Source: Pseudoalteromonas translucida KMM 520
Lineage (GTDB): Bacteria; Pseudomonadota; Gammaproteobacteria; Enterobacterales; Alteromonadaceae
DNA: 32,000 nucleotides
Assembly: GCF_001465295.1 (NCBI RefSeq)
Contig: NZ_CP011034.1
Span: 870,001 to 902,000 of the forward strand
Direction: 5' to 3'
The translations under genes and the position numbers were made by a program. The notes under the pieces were generated by a model. It was not told the origin of the DNA. It ran no database searches and was given only the letters and a program-made list of their open reading frames with translations. Positions 1 through 8,656 of the stretch are shown piece after piece. Within the stretch, counting starts at the first letter, position 1. Every line of letters begins with the position of its first letter.

Positions 1-920
1 CAAGACGACCCATAAGCCAGCCTATGGATGTAGGTGTGCGTGCTATAAACTCAGTAATAACAGTAGGACAAGGCCAACGAATGGGCTTGTTTGCGGGCTC
101 GGGTGTAGGTAAATCGGTACTGCTTGGTATGATGACACGTGGTAGTGAAGCCGATGTTATTGTGGTGGGGCTGGTGGGTGAGCGTGGCCGCGAAGTAAAA
201 GAATTTATTGAAGAAATACTTGGTGTAGAGGGGCGTAAACGCTCGGTGGTTGTAGCAGCACCGGCAGACTCTTCACCCTTAATGCGTTTAAAAGGCTGCG
301 AAAGCGCGGTGACTATTGCTGAGTACTTTCGCGATCAGGGATTAAATGTTTTGTTATTGCTCGATTCGGTAACGCGTTATGCCATGGCGCAGCGTGAAAT
401 AGCACTTGCAGTAGGCGAGCCTCCGGCAACTAAAGGCTACCCGCCTTCGGTGTTTGCAAAGCTGCCTGCGCTGGTGGAGCGTGCCGGTAACGGCGGAGAA
501 GGGCAAGGCTCTATTACTGCCTTTTTTACTGTATTAAGTGAAGGCGATGATATGCAAGACCCCATTGCCGATGCAGCGCGCGCCATACTCGACGGCCATA
601 TTGTACTTTCGCGGGAACTGGCCGACAGCGGTCATTATCCGGCAATTGATATAGAAAAATCTATTTCGCGAGTAATGCCGCAAGTGGTATCTGAGACGCA
701 CATGCAACAAGCGCGAGTACTTAAGCAGGTGTATTCTATGTACCAGCAAAATAAAGACATGATCACCCTAGGTGCGTATCAAAAAGGGACAGATCAAATG
801 CTTGATCAAGCCATTAATATGATGCCAAGAGTAAATGCCTTTTTACAGCAAGGTATGCGCGATGTAATTAGTTACGACGACGGCCTGCAAGGGCTAGCGC
901 AGTTATTAGGGCAAGCATAA
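1..920 (+). CDS. fliI: Flagellum-specific T3SS ATPase FliI, 5'-truncated by the window edge
   Basis: Walker A GSGVGKS and Walker B-like [11 protein letters not shown] are present, with typical FliI/YscN C-terminal sequence. The frame stays open upstream of the listed Met (codons from position 3 read RRPISQP), so the gene starts outside the window. It is followed by fliJ. Confidence 0.95.
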   Translation, partial: RRPISQPMDVGVRAINSVITVGQGQRMGLFAGSGVGKSVLLGMMTRGSEADVIVVGLVGERGREVKEFIEEILGVEGRKRSVVVAAPADSSPLMRLKGCESAVTIAEYFRDQGLNVLLLLDSVTRYAMAQREIALAVGEPPATKGYPPSVFAKLPALVERAGNGGEGQGSITAFFTVLSEGDDMQDPIADAARAILDGHIVLSRELADSGHYPAIDIEKSISRVMPQVVSETHMQQARVLKQVYSMYQQNKDMITLGAYQKGTDQMLDQAINMMPRVNAFLQQGMRDVISYDDGLQGLAQLLGQA

Positions 921-1369
921 TGGCTAAAAACAAACTGCATTTATTACTAAAAATAGAAAACGATAAAGAAGAAACGCTACGGATGAGCTACTTGCAGGCG
1001 AATCAAAATTTACAAGCAAACCAGCAAAAGCTCCAAGGTTTAAATGACTTTAGATTGGAATATACCCAGCAATTACACATTAAAGGGCAGTCGGGCTTAT
1101 CAAGTGCTGGATTTAGTCAGTTTCATGCATTTATTGCCAAAATAGAAGAAGCAATTCGCCAACAAGCCAATACGGTTAATACCGCAAAACAAGTGGTGAG
1201 TCAGCGTAAAACACTGTGGTTAAAGCAGCAAATTAAGGCTAAAGCAGTCGCTAAACTAATTGAAAAACAACAGTTAAAGGCTAATGTGCTAGTGGCGAAA
1301 AATGAGCAAAAAATGTTGGATGAGTTTTCTGCTAATCAATTTTTTCAACGACACAACAATCGACTTTAA
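920..1369 (+). CDS. fliJ: Flagellar export chaperone-like protein FliJ
   Basis: 149 aa, Q/K/L-rich with coiled-coil character. It sits in the canonical position between fliI and fliK, and its start overlaps the fliI stop (ATAATG), suggesting translational coupling. Confidence 0.85.
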   Translation: MAKNKLHLLLKIENDKEETLRMSYLQANQNLQANQQKLQGLNDFRLEYTQQLHIKGQSGLSSAGFSQFHAFIAKIEEAIRQQANTVNTAKQVVSQRKTLWLKQQIKAKAVAKLIEKQQLKANVLVAKNEQKMLDEFSANQFFQRHNNRL

Positions 1370-1404
1370 TAGCAATCGACTTTAGTAACAACAGACTTTA
1401 AAAA
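1357..1404 (+). repeat. Three tandem 16-bp direct repeats spanning the fliJ stop codon
   Basis: CAATCGACTTTAATAG (1357-1372), CAATCGACTTTAGTAA (1373-1388) and CAACAGACTTTAAAAA (1389-1404) follow an exact 16-nt period. Copy 1 encodes the last fliJ codons and its stop. A degenerate half copy lies at 1346-1356. Confidence 0.8.
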
Positions 1405-1452
1405 GTAGCGAGTACCTTAACCGCTTTAACAAAAGCTGTACCTTATAAACAA

Positions 1453-1468
1453 AGGCACGTTAATTGCT
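1453..1468 (+). promoter_or_regulatory. Candidate sigma-54 (-24/-12) promoter for fliK and downstream genes
   Basis: AGGCACGTTAATTGCT has GG at 1454-1455 and GC at 1466-1467, the exact GG-N10-GC spacing. It closely matches TGGCACG-N4-TTGCW and lies about 70 nt upstream of the fliK ATG. Confidence 0.6.
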
Positions 1469-1537
1469 TTGTTGTTAAGTGAACTATAATTTTAGACATT
1501 ATTGGGTGGTTTGTTGCCGCTTTATATTAGGTGATTT

Positions 1538-3118
1538 ATGACGATTAATGATATTTCAATGTTAGCGGTATCTGAGCAAGACGTTTACTCTAATAAACAA
1601 ACGAGTAACTCAAAACGTAGTGATGACTCTGATACTGGTTTTTTTAATCAGTTAGAAGATGCTAATAAAGCGGCTTACGATAATAACAGCAAAGCTAAAA
1701 CCGGCGCTAGTAATGCTAAGACTGAGCAGCCTGAAGCACGAGACGATGCTGTTTCGGGCGATAGTATGTTGGCGCAAATAAATGCTGCGCACACTATAGA
1801 TACCTCAGTTAAAAAGAACGCTGATGCTAAAGCCGAGGCTTTAGATGAAGACGCTAAGCAATTAAAAGGGAAGCCTGATGATCAGCTTGCCCCTATTGTA
1901 ATTGCACCGCGAAAAGGTGTGCTTAGCGATGTTGCAGCAAGCGCTGAGGCGGCAAACGAAAAGCTAATGCCCTTATCTCAAAGTATGGCCACTGCAAATA
2001 ATAAAGGCGATGCAACAGCGCAAAAACAATCTGTAGATGCCGCAGTAATGAACTTGCTAAGCAAAGATAGCGAGGCAATTAAAGCAGATCCGTTACTTGC
2101 TAAACTAACACCCGAGCAGCATGAGCAATTAACTACGCAGCTGCAGGCAAGTAGTAAACCCAATGGCAACGACAACCTCGCAACATTAAAGCAAATGCTT
2201 ACCCAATATGTTGTTGAGAGTGATAAAGCAAGCGCGGCAGACACGGCTAAACAGGCCTTAAATTCTCAAATAAATGCTTTGACCACACCAGAAAAACAAG
2301 CGCTACTGAGCCAGTTAAATAGCTATATTAAAAATGAGCAGCCCCAAGGTGAGCAACTAGCAAGTATTAAGCAAACAATTGCAGATTTAAGCGCATCGAT
2401 TGATAAAACAGCATTAATAACTGCAGATGATAAAACAGCATTAAACGCACTTAGCGATAAAGAACTCACTAAATCGTTAGAGTCACTGCCAAAAACTAAC
2501 ACAGAGCAATTATCACCCCGTACAGCACAATTATTGACGCAAATTACCAGTACGGTAAATGGTTTAGGCCTAAACGATAGTATAGGGTATGAGCAAACTA
2601 TAATTGATATGCAAGCATTGCAGGCTGGGCAATTACAAAGCACAGCACAAGTTAAACAAGCAAGCTTGGACCCAGGTGTTATGCAAGCGCTTAATATTAT
2701 AAAAAGTGACGCGGCAAAAATGCTGCAAGAGCGAGTGAGCTCTATGCTTAGCATAAATAATAAAGTAGCAGAAATTCGTCTCGACCCACCAGAAATGGGC
2801 AGTATGCAAATTCGCATCAGGAGCGATGCAGAGCAAGCACAAATAAACTTTGTAGTACAAAACCAGCAAGCTAAAGAAGCGCTTGAACAATCGCTACCGC
2901 GCTTACGCGAAATGCTTGCCCAGCAAGGCATTGATTTAGGCGAAAGCACTATTTCTTATGGTGAGCCTGGAGGGCAAGGAGCAGAGCAAAATGATGACAG
3001 CGATAGTCGTCGTTTAACTAATAATGAATTGACTAGCGATGAAAACGATGAGCAAATTAATACACAAATGCCAAGTTCTCGACAACAAACGTCATCATCA
3101 ATAGATTACTATGCCTAA
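1538..3118 (+). CDS. fliK: Flagellar hook-length control protein FliK
   Basis: The 526-aa protein has a long acidic, Q/A/S-rich, low-complexity N-terminal ruler region. Its C-terminus has a Flg_hook-type domain (IRLDPPEMGSMQIRIRSDAEQAQINFVVQNQQAKEALEQSLPRLREMLAQQGIDLG). RBS AGGTGA lies at 1529-1534, and the gene sits between fliJ and fliL. Confidence 0.9.
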   Translation: MTINDISMLAVSEQDVYSNKQTSNSKRSDDSDTGFFNQLEDANKAAYDNNSKAKTGASNAKTEQPEARDDAVSGDSMLAQINAAHTIDTSVKKNADAKAEALDEDAKQLKGKPDDQLAPIVIAPRKGVLSDVAASAEAANEKLMPLSQSMATANNKGDATAQKQSVDAAVMNLLSKDSEAIKADPLLAKLTPEQHEQLTTQLQASSKPNGNDNLATLKQMLTQYVVESDKASAADTAKQALNSQINALTTPEKQALLSQLNSYIKNEQPQGEQLASIKQTIADLSASIDKTALITADDKTALNALSDKELTKSLESLPKTNTEQLSPRTAQLLTQITSTVNGLGLNDSIGYEQTIIDMQALQAGQLQSTAQVKQASLDPGVMQALNIIKSDAAKMLQERVSSMLSINNKVAEIRLDPPEMGSMQIRIRSDAEQAQINFVVQNQQAKEALEQSLPRLREMLAQQGIDLGESTISYGEPGGQGAEQNDDSDSRRLTNNELTSDENDEQINTQMPSSRQQTSSSIDYYA

Positions 3119-3123
3119 GTACT

Positions 3124-3137
3124 GCTATTATAATAGC
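3124..3137. promoter_or_regulatory. Perfect 14-bp palindrome containing TATAAT; possible internal promoter or operator upstream of fliL
   Basis: GCTATTATAATAGC is self-complementary. TATAAT at 3129-3134 has a weak -35 candidate TTACTA at 3106-3111 (17-nt spacer). The site is about 40 nt upstream of the fliL ATG. Confidence 0.3.
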
Positions 3138-3175
3138 TAAAACAAGCAAGTACCTTTGCTACTAAAGGAAATATC

Positions 3176-3706
3176 ATGGCTGAAGAGACTAATTTAGAAA
3201 TAGAAGAAACAGGTAATAGCAAAAAGAAACTCATAGTAATTATTGCAGCGGTATTGCTTGTTATTGTTGCAGCTGTTGTTGGTTATTTTTTGCTTTCGGG
3301 CTCTGACGCGCCAGTAGAAACTTTAAATGATGAAGCCACTGCAGCACAGCAAACAAGCTCTTCTACAGGCTCATCGGCTAAAATAGGCAGCGCACTTTAT
3401 GTTGCAATGCCAAGACCTTTTGTATTTAACATACCAGGCTCTAGCCGCGATAGAATTGTACAAATTAAAGTGGAATTATTAGTGCGCGGCGAAGCAAACG
3501 AAGAAACTGCTAAAAAGCATATTCCACTAATAGAAAGTACGTTATTGAGCATATTTTCTATGACCACGGCTGACGAACTAAGCACCAGTGTAGGTAAAGA
3601 AAACTTACGCTTTGCAGCACTAGAAAAAGTACAAGCTAGCTTAATGGACGTTGAAGGCAGTAAAGTAATTGAGCGGGTATTATTTACCGGCTTTGTGATG
3701 CAATAA
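3176..3706 (+). CDS. fliL: Flagellar basal-body-associated protein FliL
   Basis: 176 aa with a single N-terminal TM helix (LIVIIAAVLLVIVAAVVGYFLL) and a conserved FliL-like C-terminal region. It lies immediately upstream of fliM. Confidence 0.85.
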   Translation: MAEETNLEIEETGNSKKKLIVIIAAVLLVIVAAVVGYFLLSGSDAPVETLNDEATAAQQTSSSTGSSAKIGSALYVAMPRPFVFNIPGSSRDRIVQIKVELLVRGEANEETAKKHIPLIESTLLSIFSMTTADELSTSVGKENLRFAALEKVQASLMDVEGSKVIERVLFTGFVMQ

Positions 3707-3715
3707 GGGGCTAGC

Positions 3716-4807
3716 GTGAGCGATTTATTATCCCAAGACGAAATTGATGCGTTATTGCATGGTGTTGATGACGTTGATGAGGAAGATATACCCGAAGGTG
3801 AAGACGGTGAAGGCAATACGCTTCAGTATGACTTTTCTTCGCAAGATCGGATCGTACGTGGGCGAATGCCGACGCTGGAAATTGTTAACGAACGCTTTGC
3901 TCGTCATATGCGAATTAGCCTATTTAACATGATGCGCCGCACCGCTGAGGTGTCTATAAACGGCGTACAAATGATTAAGTTTGGCGAGTATGTGCATACT
4001 TTGTTTGTGCCAACTAGTTTAAATATGGTGCGTTTTAGACCCTTAAAAGGCACCGGCCTTATTACCATGGAAGCACGCTTAGTGTTTATTTTGGTTGATA
4101 ACTTTTTTGGTGGTGATGGCCGCTACCATGCAAAAATTGAAGGGCGAGAATTTACCCCTACAGAGCGACGCATTGTGCAAATGCTACTAAAAATAATCTT
4201 TGAAGATTATAAAGAAGCATGGGCACCGGTAATGGATGTATCCTTTGAATACCTAGATTCTGAAGTAAACCCTGCTATGGCTAACATTGTAAGCCCAACC
4301 GAAGTGGTGGTTATTAGCTCTTTTCATATTGAATTGGATGGCGGCGGAGGGGACTTTCATATTGCTCTACCTTATTCTATGCTGGAGCCAATTAGAGAGC
4401 TGCTTGACGCGGGTGTGCAATCGGATACCGAAGACACCGATTTACGTTGGAGTAAGGCACTACGCGATGAAATAATGGACGTAGAGGTTGAGTTATCTAC
4501 TCAGTTATTGGAAGTGGATTTAACGCTAAAACAAATAATGGAACTTAAAGCAGGTGATATTATTCCGGTAGAAATGCCTGAGCATATAACTGTATTTGTT
4601 GAAGAGTTACCGACATTTAGAGCTAAAATGGGCCGCTCACGCGATAGTGTTGCGCTGCAAATTAGTGAAAAAATTAAACGACCTGATTCAGTTAAATCTG
4701 AGCTGCATGTATTTACCAAAGGCGGCAAGAAAATTGATTCAGATGCAGAATTAGCAGAACTAGAAGATGATTTACACCTCTCTGACGGTGTAGACTTAGA
4801 CTGGTAA
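3716..4807 (+). CDS. fliM: Flagellar motor switch protein FliM
   Basis: The N-terminal CheY-P binding motif LSQDEIDALL is present, with a FliM middle domain and a C-terminal SpoA-like region. The start codon is GTG. Confidence 0.95.
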   Translation: MSDLLSQDEIDALLHGVDDVDEEDIPEGEDGEGNTLQYDFSSQDRIVRGRMPTLEIVNERFARHMRISLFNMMRRTAEVSINGVQMIKFGEYVHTLFVPTSLNMVRFRPLKGTGLITMEARLVFILVDNFFGGDGRYHAKIEGREFTPTERRIVQMLLKIIFEDYKEAWAPVMDVSFEYLDSEVNPAMANIVSPTEVVVISSFHIELDGGGGDFHIALPYSMLEPIRELLDAGVQSDTEDTDLRWSKALRDEIMDVEVELSTQLLEVDLTLKQIMELKAGDIIPVEMPEHITVFVEELPTFRAKMGRSRDSVALQISEKIKRPDSVKSELHVFTKGGKKIDSDAELAELEDDLHLSDGVDLDW

Positions 4808-4827
4808 TTGATTAAAAGGTTAAACGT

Positions 4828-5226
4828 ATGAGCGATGATCAAGACACTATGGATGAATGGGCAGCAGCATTAGCCGAAGCTGAGGGTACTGATGACAGTG
4901 GCCAAGCAAAAGTAACTGAACTCGATGAATTAAGTGATGCAAAACACGAGATCAGTGGCGATGAAAAGCGCAAGCTCGATACAATTTTAGATATACCTGT
5001 GACTATTTCTATGGAAGTAGGGCGCTCTAAAATTAATATTCGTAACTTATTACAATTAAACCAAGGCTCGGTGGTAGAGCTTGATCGAGTTGCGGGTGAA
5101 CCGTTAGATGTACTGGTTAATGGTACTTTAATTGCCCATGGCGAAGTGGTAGTAGTAAACGATAAGTTTGGTATACGCTTAACCGACGTAATTAGCCAAG
5201 TAGAACGGATCAAAAAATTACGATGA
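4828..5226 (+). CDS. fliN: Flagellar motor switch protein FliN
   Basis: 132 aa with an acidic N-terminus and a C-terminal SpoA domain (GEPLDVLVNGTLIAHGEVVVVNDKFGIRLTDV). Confidence 0.95.
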   Translation: MSDDQDTMDEWAAALAEAEGTDDSGQAKVTELDELSDAKHEISGDEKRKLDTILDIPVTISMEVGRSKINIRNLLQLNQGSVVELDRVAGEPLDVLVNGTLIAHGEVVVVNDKFGIRLTDVISQVERIKKLR

Positions 5227-5606
5227 GTATGGTTGTTGCTTTAACCAGCTCGGTATTTACAAAAGCAGAGCAGGTAACACCCACAGGCGATATTCTCTCT
5301 ATGGTGTTATCGCTTGTTATGGTGCTGGTGCTAATTATAGTACTGGCATTTTTTGTGAAAAAGTTTAATCCAAATTTAGCAAATAGTGATGAGTTTAAAG
5401 TAGTGCGTAGTTTACCGCTGGGCTCGCGTGAGCGTTTAATGGTGGTAGAAATAGACAACGCACAACATTTGTTAGGGGTTACCCCGCACAGCATTAACTA
5501 TTTACATAAATTAGATACACCTTTGAGTGAAAAAGAGCTACCAGAATTAGCAAAACGCTTTAGTAAGCTTTTAAATCCACAAGCAAATCAAAATAAAAAG
5601 AATTAA
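5223..5606 (+). CDS. fliO: Flagellar biosynthesis protein FliO
   Basis: 127 aa with one TM helix ([19 protein letters not shown]). The ATGA overlaps the fliN stop, and the gene lies between fliN and fliP. The exact start is uncertain. Confidence 0.8.
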   Translation: MSMVVALTSSVFTKAEQVTPTGDILSMVLSLVMVLVLIIVLAFFVKKFNPNLANSDEFKVVRSLPLGSRERLMVVEIDNAQHLLGVTPHSINYLHKLDTPLSEKELPELAKRFSKLLNPQANQNKKN

Positions 5607-5610
5607 AATT

Positions 5611-6351
5611 ATGACTAAATGGCTGCTTCTTATTTTTGTCATGCTGTTTGTACCAAATGTAAGTGCAGAAGGAATAGACGCACTAACCATTACCACAAAT
5701 GCAGATGGCACCCAAGACTACTCGGTAACGCTGCAAGTATTGGCTATTATGACCGCGCTGAGCTTTATTCCGGCGGCTATAATCATGATGACCTCGTTTA
5801 CCCGTATTATTGTAGTGCTGGCTATTTTGCGCCAAGCCATAGGTTTACAACAAACCCCCTCAAATCAAGTATTGCTAGGCATGTCGTTATTTTTAAGTAT
5901 TTTTATTATGGCGCCTATTTATCAGCAAGTGAACGAGCGCGCAATAGAGCCCTACCTAAGCGAGCAAGTAACTTCAATGGAAGCATTGGAGTTGGCAAAA
6001 GAGCCAATGAAAGCTTTTATGTTGTCGCAGGTGCGTATTAAAGATTTAGAAACCTTTGCAAAAATAGCGGGATACGATCAGTTAGACTCGCCAGAAGCCA
6101 CGCCGTTAATTGTACTTATTCCGGCGTTTGTAACCAGTGAGCTGCAAACGGCCTTTATTATTGGTTTTATGTTTTTTATTCCTTTTTTAATCGTGGATTT
6201 AGTGGTGGCGTCGGTATTAATGGCCATGGGTATGATGATGCTATCGCCAATGATAGTGTCTTTGCCGTTTAAAATAATGCTGTTTGTGTTGGTTGATGGC
6301 TGGAGCTTAGTAATGGGAACCTTGGCTAAAAGCTTTGGTTTAGGCACATGA
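5611..6351 (+). CDS. fliP: Flagellar export apparatus protein FliP
   Basis: A signal-peptide-like N-terminus is followed by the conserved [26 protein letters not shown] segment, in a polytopic membrane protein. Confidence 0.95.
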   Translation: MTKWLLLIFVMLFVPNVSAEGIDALTITTNADGTQDYSVTLQVLAIMTALSFIPAAIIMMTSFTRIIVVLAILRQAIGLQQTPSNQVLLGMSLFLSIFIMAPIYQQVNERAIEPYLSEQVTSMEALELAKEPMKAFMLSQVRIKDLETFAKIAGYDQLDSPEATPLIVLIPAFVTSELQTAFIIGFMFFIPFLIVDLVVASVLMAMGMMMLSPMIVSLPFKIMLFVLVDGWSLVMGTLAKSFGLGT

Positions 6352-6392
6352 CCTTACTTAACACTAAGCGAATTACGCACTAGGAGTACGCC

Positions 6393-6662
6393 GTGGAACC
6401 AGAAGTATTTGTTGATATTTTAAGTAGCGCGCTGTTTTTAGTAATTAAATTGGTTTCTGCGATTGTAGTGCCGGGCTTAATTGTGGGCTTAGTGGTTGCC
6501 GTGTTTCAGGCTGCAACTTCAATTAACGAGCAAACGTTGAGTTTTTTACCACGCTTACTTATTACTATAAGTGCGCTTATTGTTGGCGGCCACTGGTTTA
6601 CCCAAGAGTTAATGGACTTTTTTACCCGCCTAGTATTACTTATTCCTGAAATTGCAGGCTAG
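6393..6662 (+). CDS. fliQ: Flagellar export apparatus protein FliQ
   Basis: An 89-aa two-TM protein typical of FliQ/YscS. It has a GTG start preceded by AGGAG. Confidence 0.92.
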   Translation: MEPEVFVDILSSALFLVIKLVSAIVVPGLIVGLVVAVFQAATSINEQTLSFLPRLLITISALIVGGHWFTQELMDFFTRLVLLIPEIAG

Positions 6663-6664
6663 GT

Positions 6665-7444
6665 ATGGAATTACCGTTTGCTGTCGTTATTCAATGGTTG
6701 AGTGACTTTTTACTGCCGTTAGTGCGCATTAGCTCAATGATTATGGTAATGGCTGGCCTTGGCGCTAAAAACGTACCTACTCGTATAAAAATGGGCTTAG
6801 CAATTGTTGTTACCTTTGTTGCTGTGCCTATGCTGCCGCCTGCTACCTTTACTAATTTGTTTTCGTTTGAAATGATTTTAGTGGTTATTCAGCAAATGCT
6901 AATAGGCATTGCGATTGGCTTTGCATCTACCTTATTGTTAAATACCTTTGTGTTAGCTGGGCAAATATTGGCTATGCAAACGGGTCTTGGTTTTGCCTCT
7001 GTGGTTGACCCCTCTAATGGTTTAAGTGTGCCTGCAGTAGGGCAGTTTTATCTTATTTTAGCGACCTTATTATTTTTTGTATTTAATGGTCACCTAATGA
7101 TGATTCAAATGGTGATACATAGCTTTGAAGTGCTGCCTATTGACGGTAATTGGTGGTCGGTGGATCATTACTGGGACATAGTAACCTGGGGTGGCTGGAT
7201 GTTTACCACAGCGCTGGTGCTCTCACTGGCACCACTTACCGCTATGCTGGTAATTAATATGTCGTTTGGCATTATGACCCGCGCCGCGCCGCAGCTTAAT
7301 ATTTTCTCTATTGGTTTTCCGTTTACTTTAGTTGCAGGGCTTATCATTATTTGGGCGACCTTAGGTAATTTTGTATCGCAGTTTGAGTTTCAGTGGCTAA
7401 AAATGGTCGAGTTAATGTGCTCATTAGTGGGCTGCTCGCCTTAG
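6665..7444 (+). CDS. fliR: Flagellar export apparatus protein FliR
   Basis: A 259-aa polytopic membrane protein in the canonical position after fliQ. Confidence 0.92.
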   Translation: MELPFAVVIQWLSDFLLPLVRISSMIMVMAGLGAKNVPTRIKMGLAIVVTFVAVPMLPPATFTNLFSFEMILVVIQQMLIGIAIGFASTLLLNTFVLAGQILAMQTGLGFASVVDPSNGLSVPAVGQFYLILATLLFFVFNGHLMMIQMVIHSFEVLPIDGNWWSVDHYWDIVTWGGWMFTTALVLSLAPLTAMLVINMSFGIMTRAAPQLNIFSIGFPFTLVAGLIIIWATLGNFVSQFEFQWLKMVELMCSLVGCSP

Positions 7445-7453
7445 GAGGTTATT

Positions 7454-8584
7454 GTGTCTGAAGATTCTGGACAAGAAAAAACCGAAGAACCCACATCCAA
7501 AAAAATAGAGGATGCCAAAAAGAAAGGCCAAATAGCACGCTCAAAAGAGCTGGGTACTATGTTTGTACTTATTTTTTCGGCAATTTCGTTACTCATGTAC
7601 GGCCCCGAAATTGGTAAAGGTTTGTATAACGTAATGGGTAGAATGCTTAGCCTTAACCGTAACGAAACCTACGACACCACCAAAATGTTTGCCGTATGGG
7701 GCGAAGTGGCCGATGCGCTGATGTTTCCTATGGCAATGTTTGTATTTATTATTGTATTAGCTGCTTTTATTGGTAACACCATGTTAGGTGGCTTTAATTT
7801 TAGTTGGCAAGCTGCTGCACCTAAAGCCAGTAAAATGTCGCCCGCTAAAGGCTTTAAACGTATGTTTGGCCCACAAGCTGGGGTGGAGCTGTTAAAGTCG
7901 CTGTTAAAGTTTGGTTTAGTTGCCAGTTTTGCAGTGTTTTTAATTAATACCTTTTTTGATGAAATACTGCACTTAAGTGTAGAAAGCGCCCCAGGTAATA
8001 TTATTCATGCCCTAGAAATATTGGCTTGGATGTTTTTAGGTTTGTCTTGTACCTTAATTATTATTGCGGCGATTGATGCGCCATTTCAAAGCTATAATCA
8101 CAATAAACAACTTAAAATGACCCTACAAGAAGTAAAAGACGAGTATAAAAACTCAGAGGGTGACCCACAAATAAAAGCCCGTATAAGGCAAACCCAACGG
8201 CAAATGTCGCAAAAACGCATGATGCAAGATGTGCCCGATGCCGATGTTATTGTAACTAACCCTACCCATTATTCTGTGGCTTTAAAGTACGACACCGAAC
8301 GCGCCGGAGCACCCATAGTAGTTGCCAAAGGAATTGATGAAATGGCGATGCAAATTCGTAAAATAGCGATTGGTAATGAAGTGCCTATTTTAGAGTCGCC
8401 GTCGCTTACTCGAGCGCTTTATCATACTGCAGAAGTAGGGGAGCAAATTCCGGATCAATTATTTACCGCAGTTGCGCAAGTATTGGCTTATGTATTTCAG
8501 CTTAAGCGCTTTAATAAAGGGCGCGGAAAACGCCCCACTAAACTTAATAAAAAACTACCTATTCCTGACGATTATCAGTATTAA
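7454..8584 (+). CDS. flhB: Flagellar export apparatus switch protein FlhB
   Basis: 376 aa with four N-terminal TM segments. The autocleavage motif NPTH is at residues 269-272 (nt 8258-8269). The GTG start is preceded by AGGAGG. Confidence 0.95.
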   Translation: MSEDSGQEKTEEPTSKKIEDAKKKGQIARSKELGTMFVLIFSAISLLMYGPEIGKGLYNVMGRMLSLNRNETYDTTKMFAVWGEVADALMFPMAMFVFIIVLAAFIGNTMLGGFNFSWQAAAPKASKMSPAKGFKRMFGPQAGVELLKSLLKFGLVASFAVFLINTFFDEILHLSVESAPGNIIHALEILAWMFLGLSCTLIIIAAIDAPFQSYNHNKQLKMTLQEVKDEYKNSEGDPQIKARIRQTQRQMSQKRMMQDVPDADVIVTNPTHYSVALKYDTERAGAPIVVAKGIDEMAMQIRKIAIGNEVPILESPSLTRALYHTAEVGEQIPDQLFTAVAQVLAYVFQLKRFNKGRGKRPTKLNKKLPIPDDYQY

Positions 8585-8602
8585 TTTAAATAACCTATAA
8601 CT

Positions 8603-8618
8603 TGGAATAGTTATTGCA
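8603..8618 (+). promoter_or_regulatory. Candidate sigma-54 (-24/-12) promoter for the flhA-flhF-flhG-fliA-che transcription unit
   Basis: TGGAATAGTTATTGCA has TGG at 8603-8605 and TTGCA at 8614-8618 with exact GG-N10-GC spacing. It lies about 40 nt upstream of the flhA ATG. Confidence 0.55.
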
Positions 8619-8656
8619 ATTTCACAGTAGTGTCAATTTTTTGAAATTGTAGGGTT

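Noticed and set aside
2323-2949. 208-aa ORF antisense to fliK, plus the smaller antisense ORFs at 1978-2244 and 2633-2890
   Set aside because: It lies entirely inside the well-supported fliK frame. The translation is Cys/Ser/Ala-rich low complexity, as expected from the reverse complement of a Q/A-rich gene. It has no RBS and no recognisable domain.
3153-3168. Small hairpin CCTTT-GCTACT-AAAGG overlapping the fliL ribosome-binding site
   Set aside because: The stem is only 5 bp and AT-rich, too weak to argue for RBS sequestration without a folding calculation or conservation data.
3397-5494. Antisense ORFs over fliL, fliM, fliN and fliO (3397-3816, 4501-4842, 4839-5213, 5210-5494)
   Set aside because: All are Ser/Thr-rich low-complexity translations opposite clearly homologous flagellar genes. 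None has independent start signals.
5619-6041. 140-aa same-strand ORF in an alternative frame within fliP
   Set aside because: The translation is Arg/Cys/Tyr-rich and unlike any protein family, and it overlaps the strongly conserved fliP frame. It is treated as an artefact of ORF calling.
7217-7235. TGGCAC-containing sequence inside fliR, and a similar one at 17925-17940 inside cheB, checked as possible internal sigma-54 promoters
   Set aside because: The GG to GC spacing is 11 or the -12 GC is missing, and both sites are within coding sequence.
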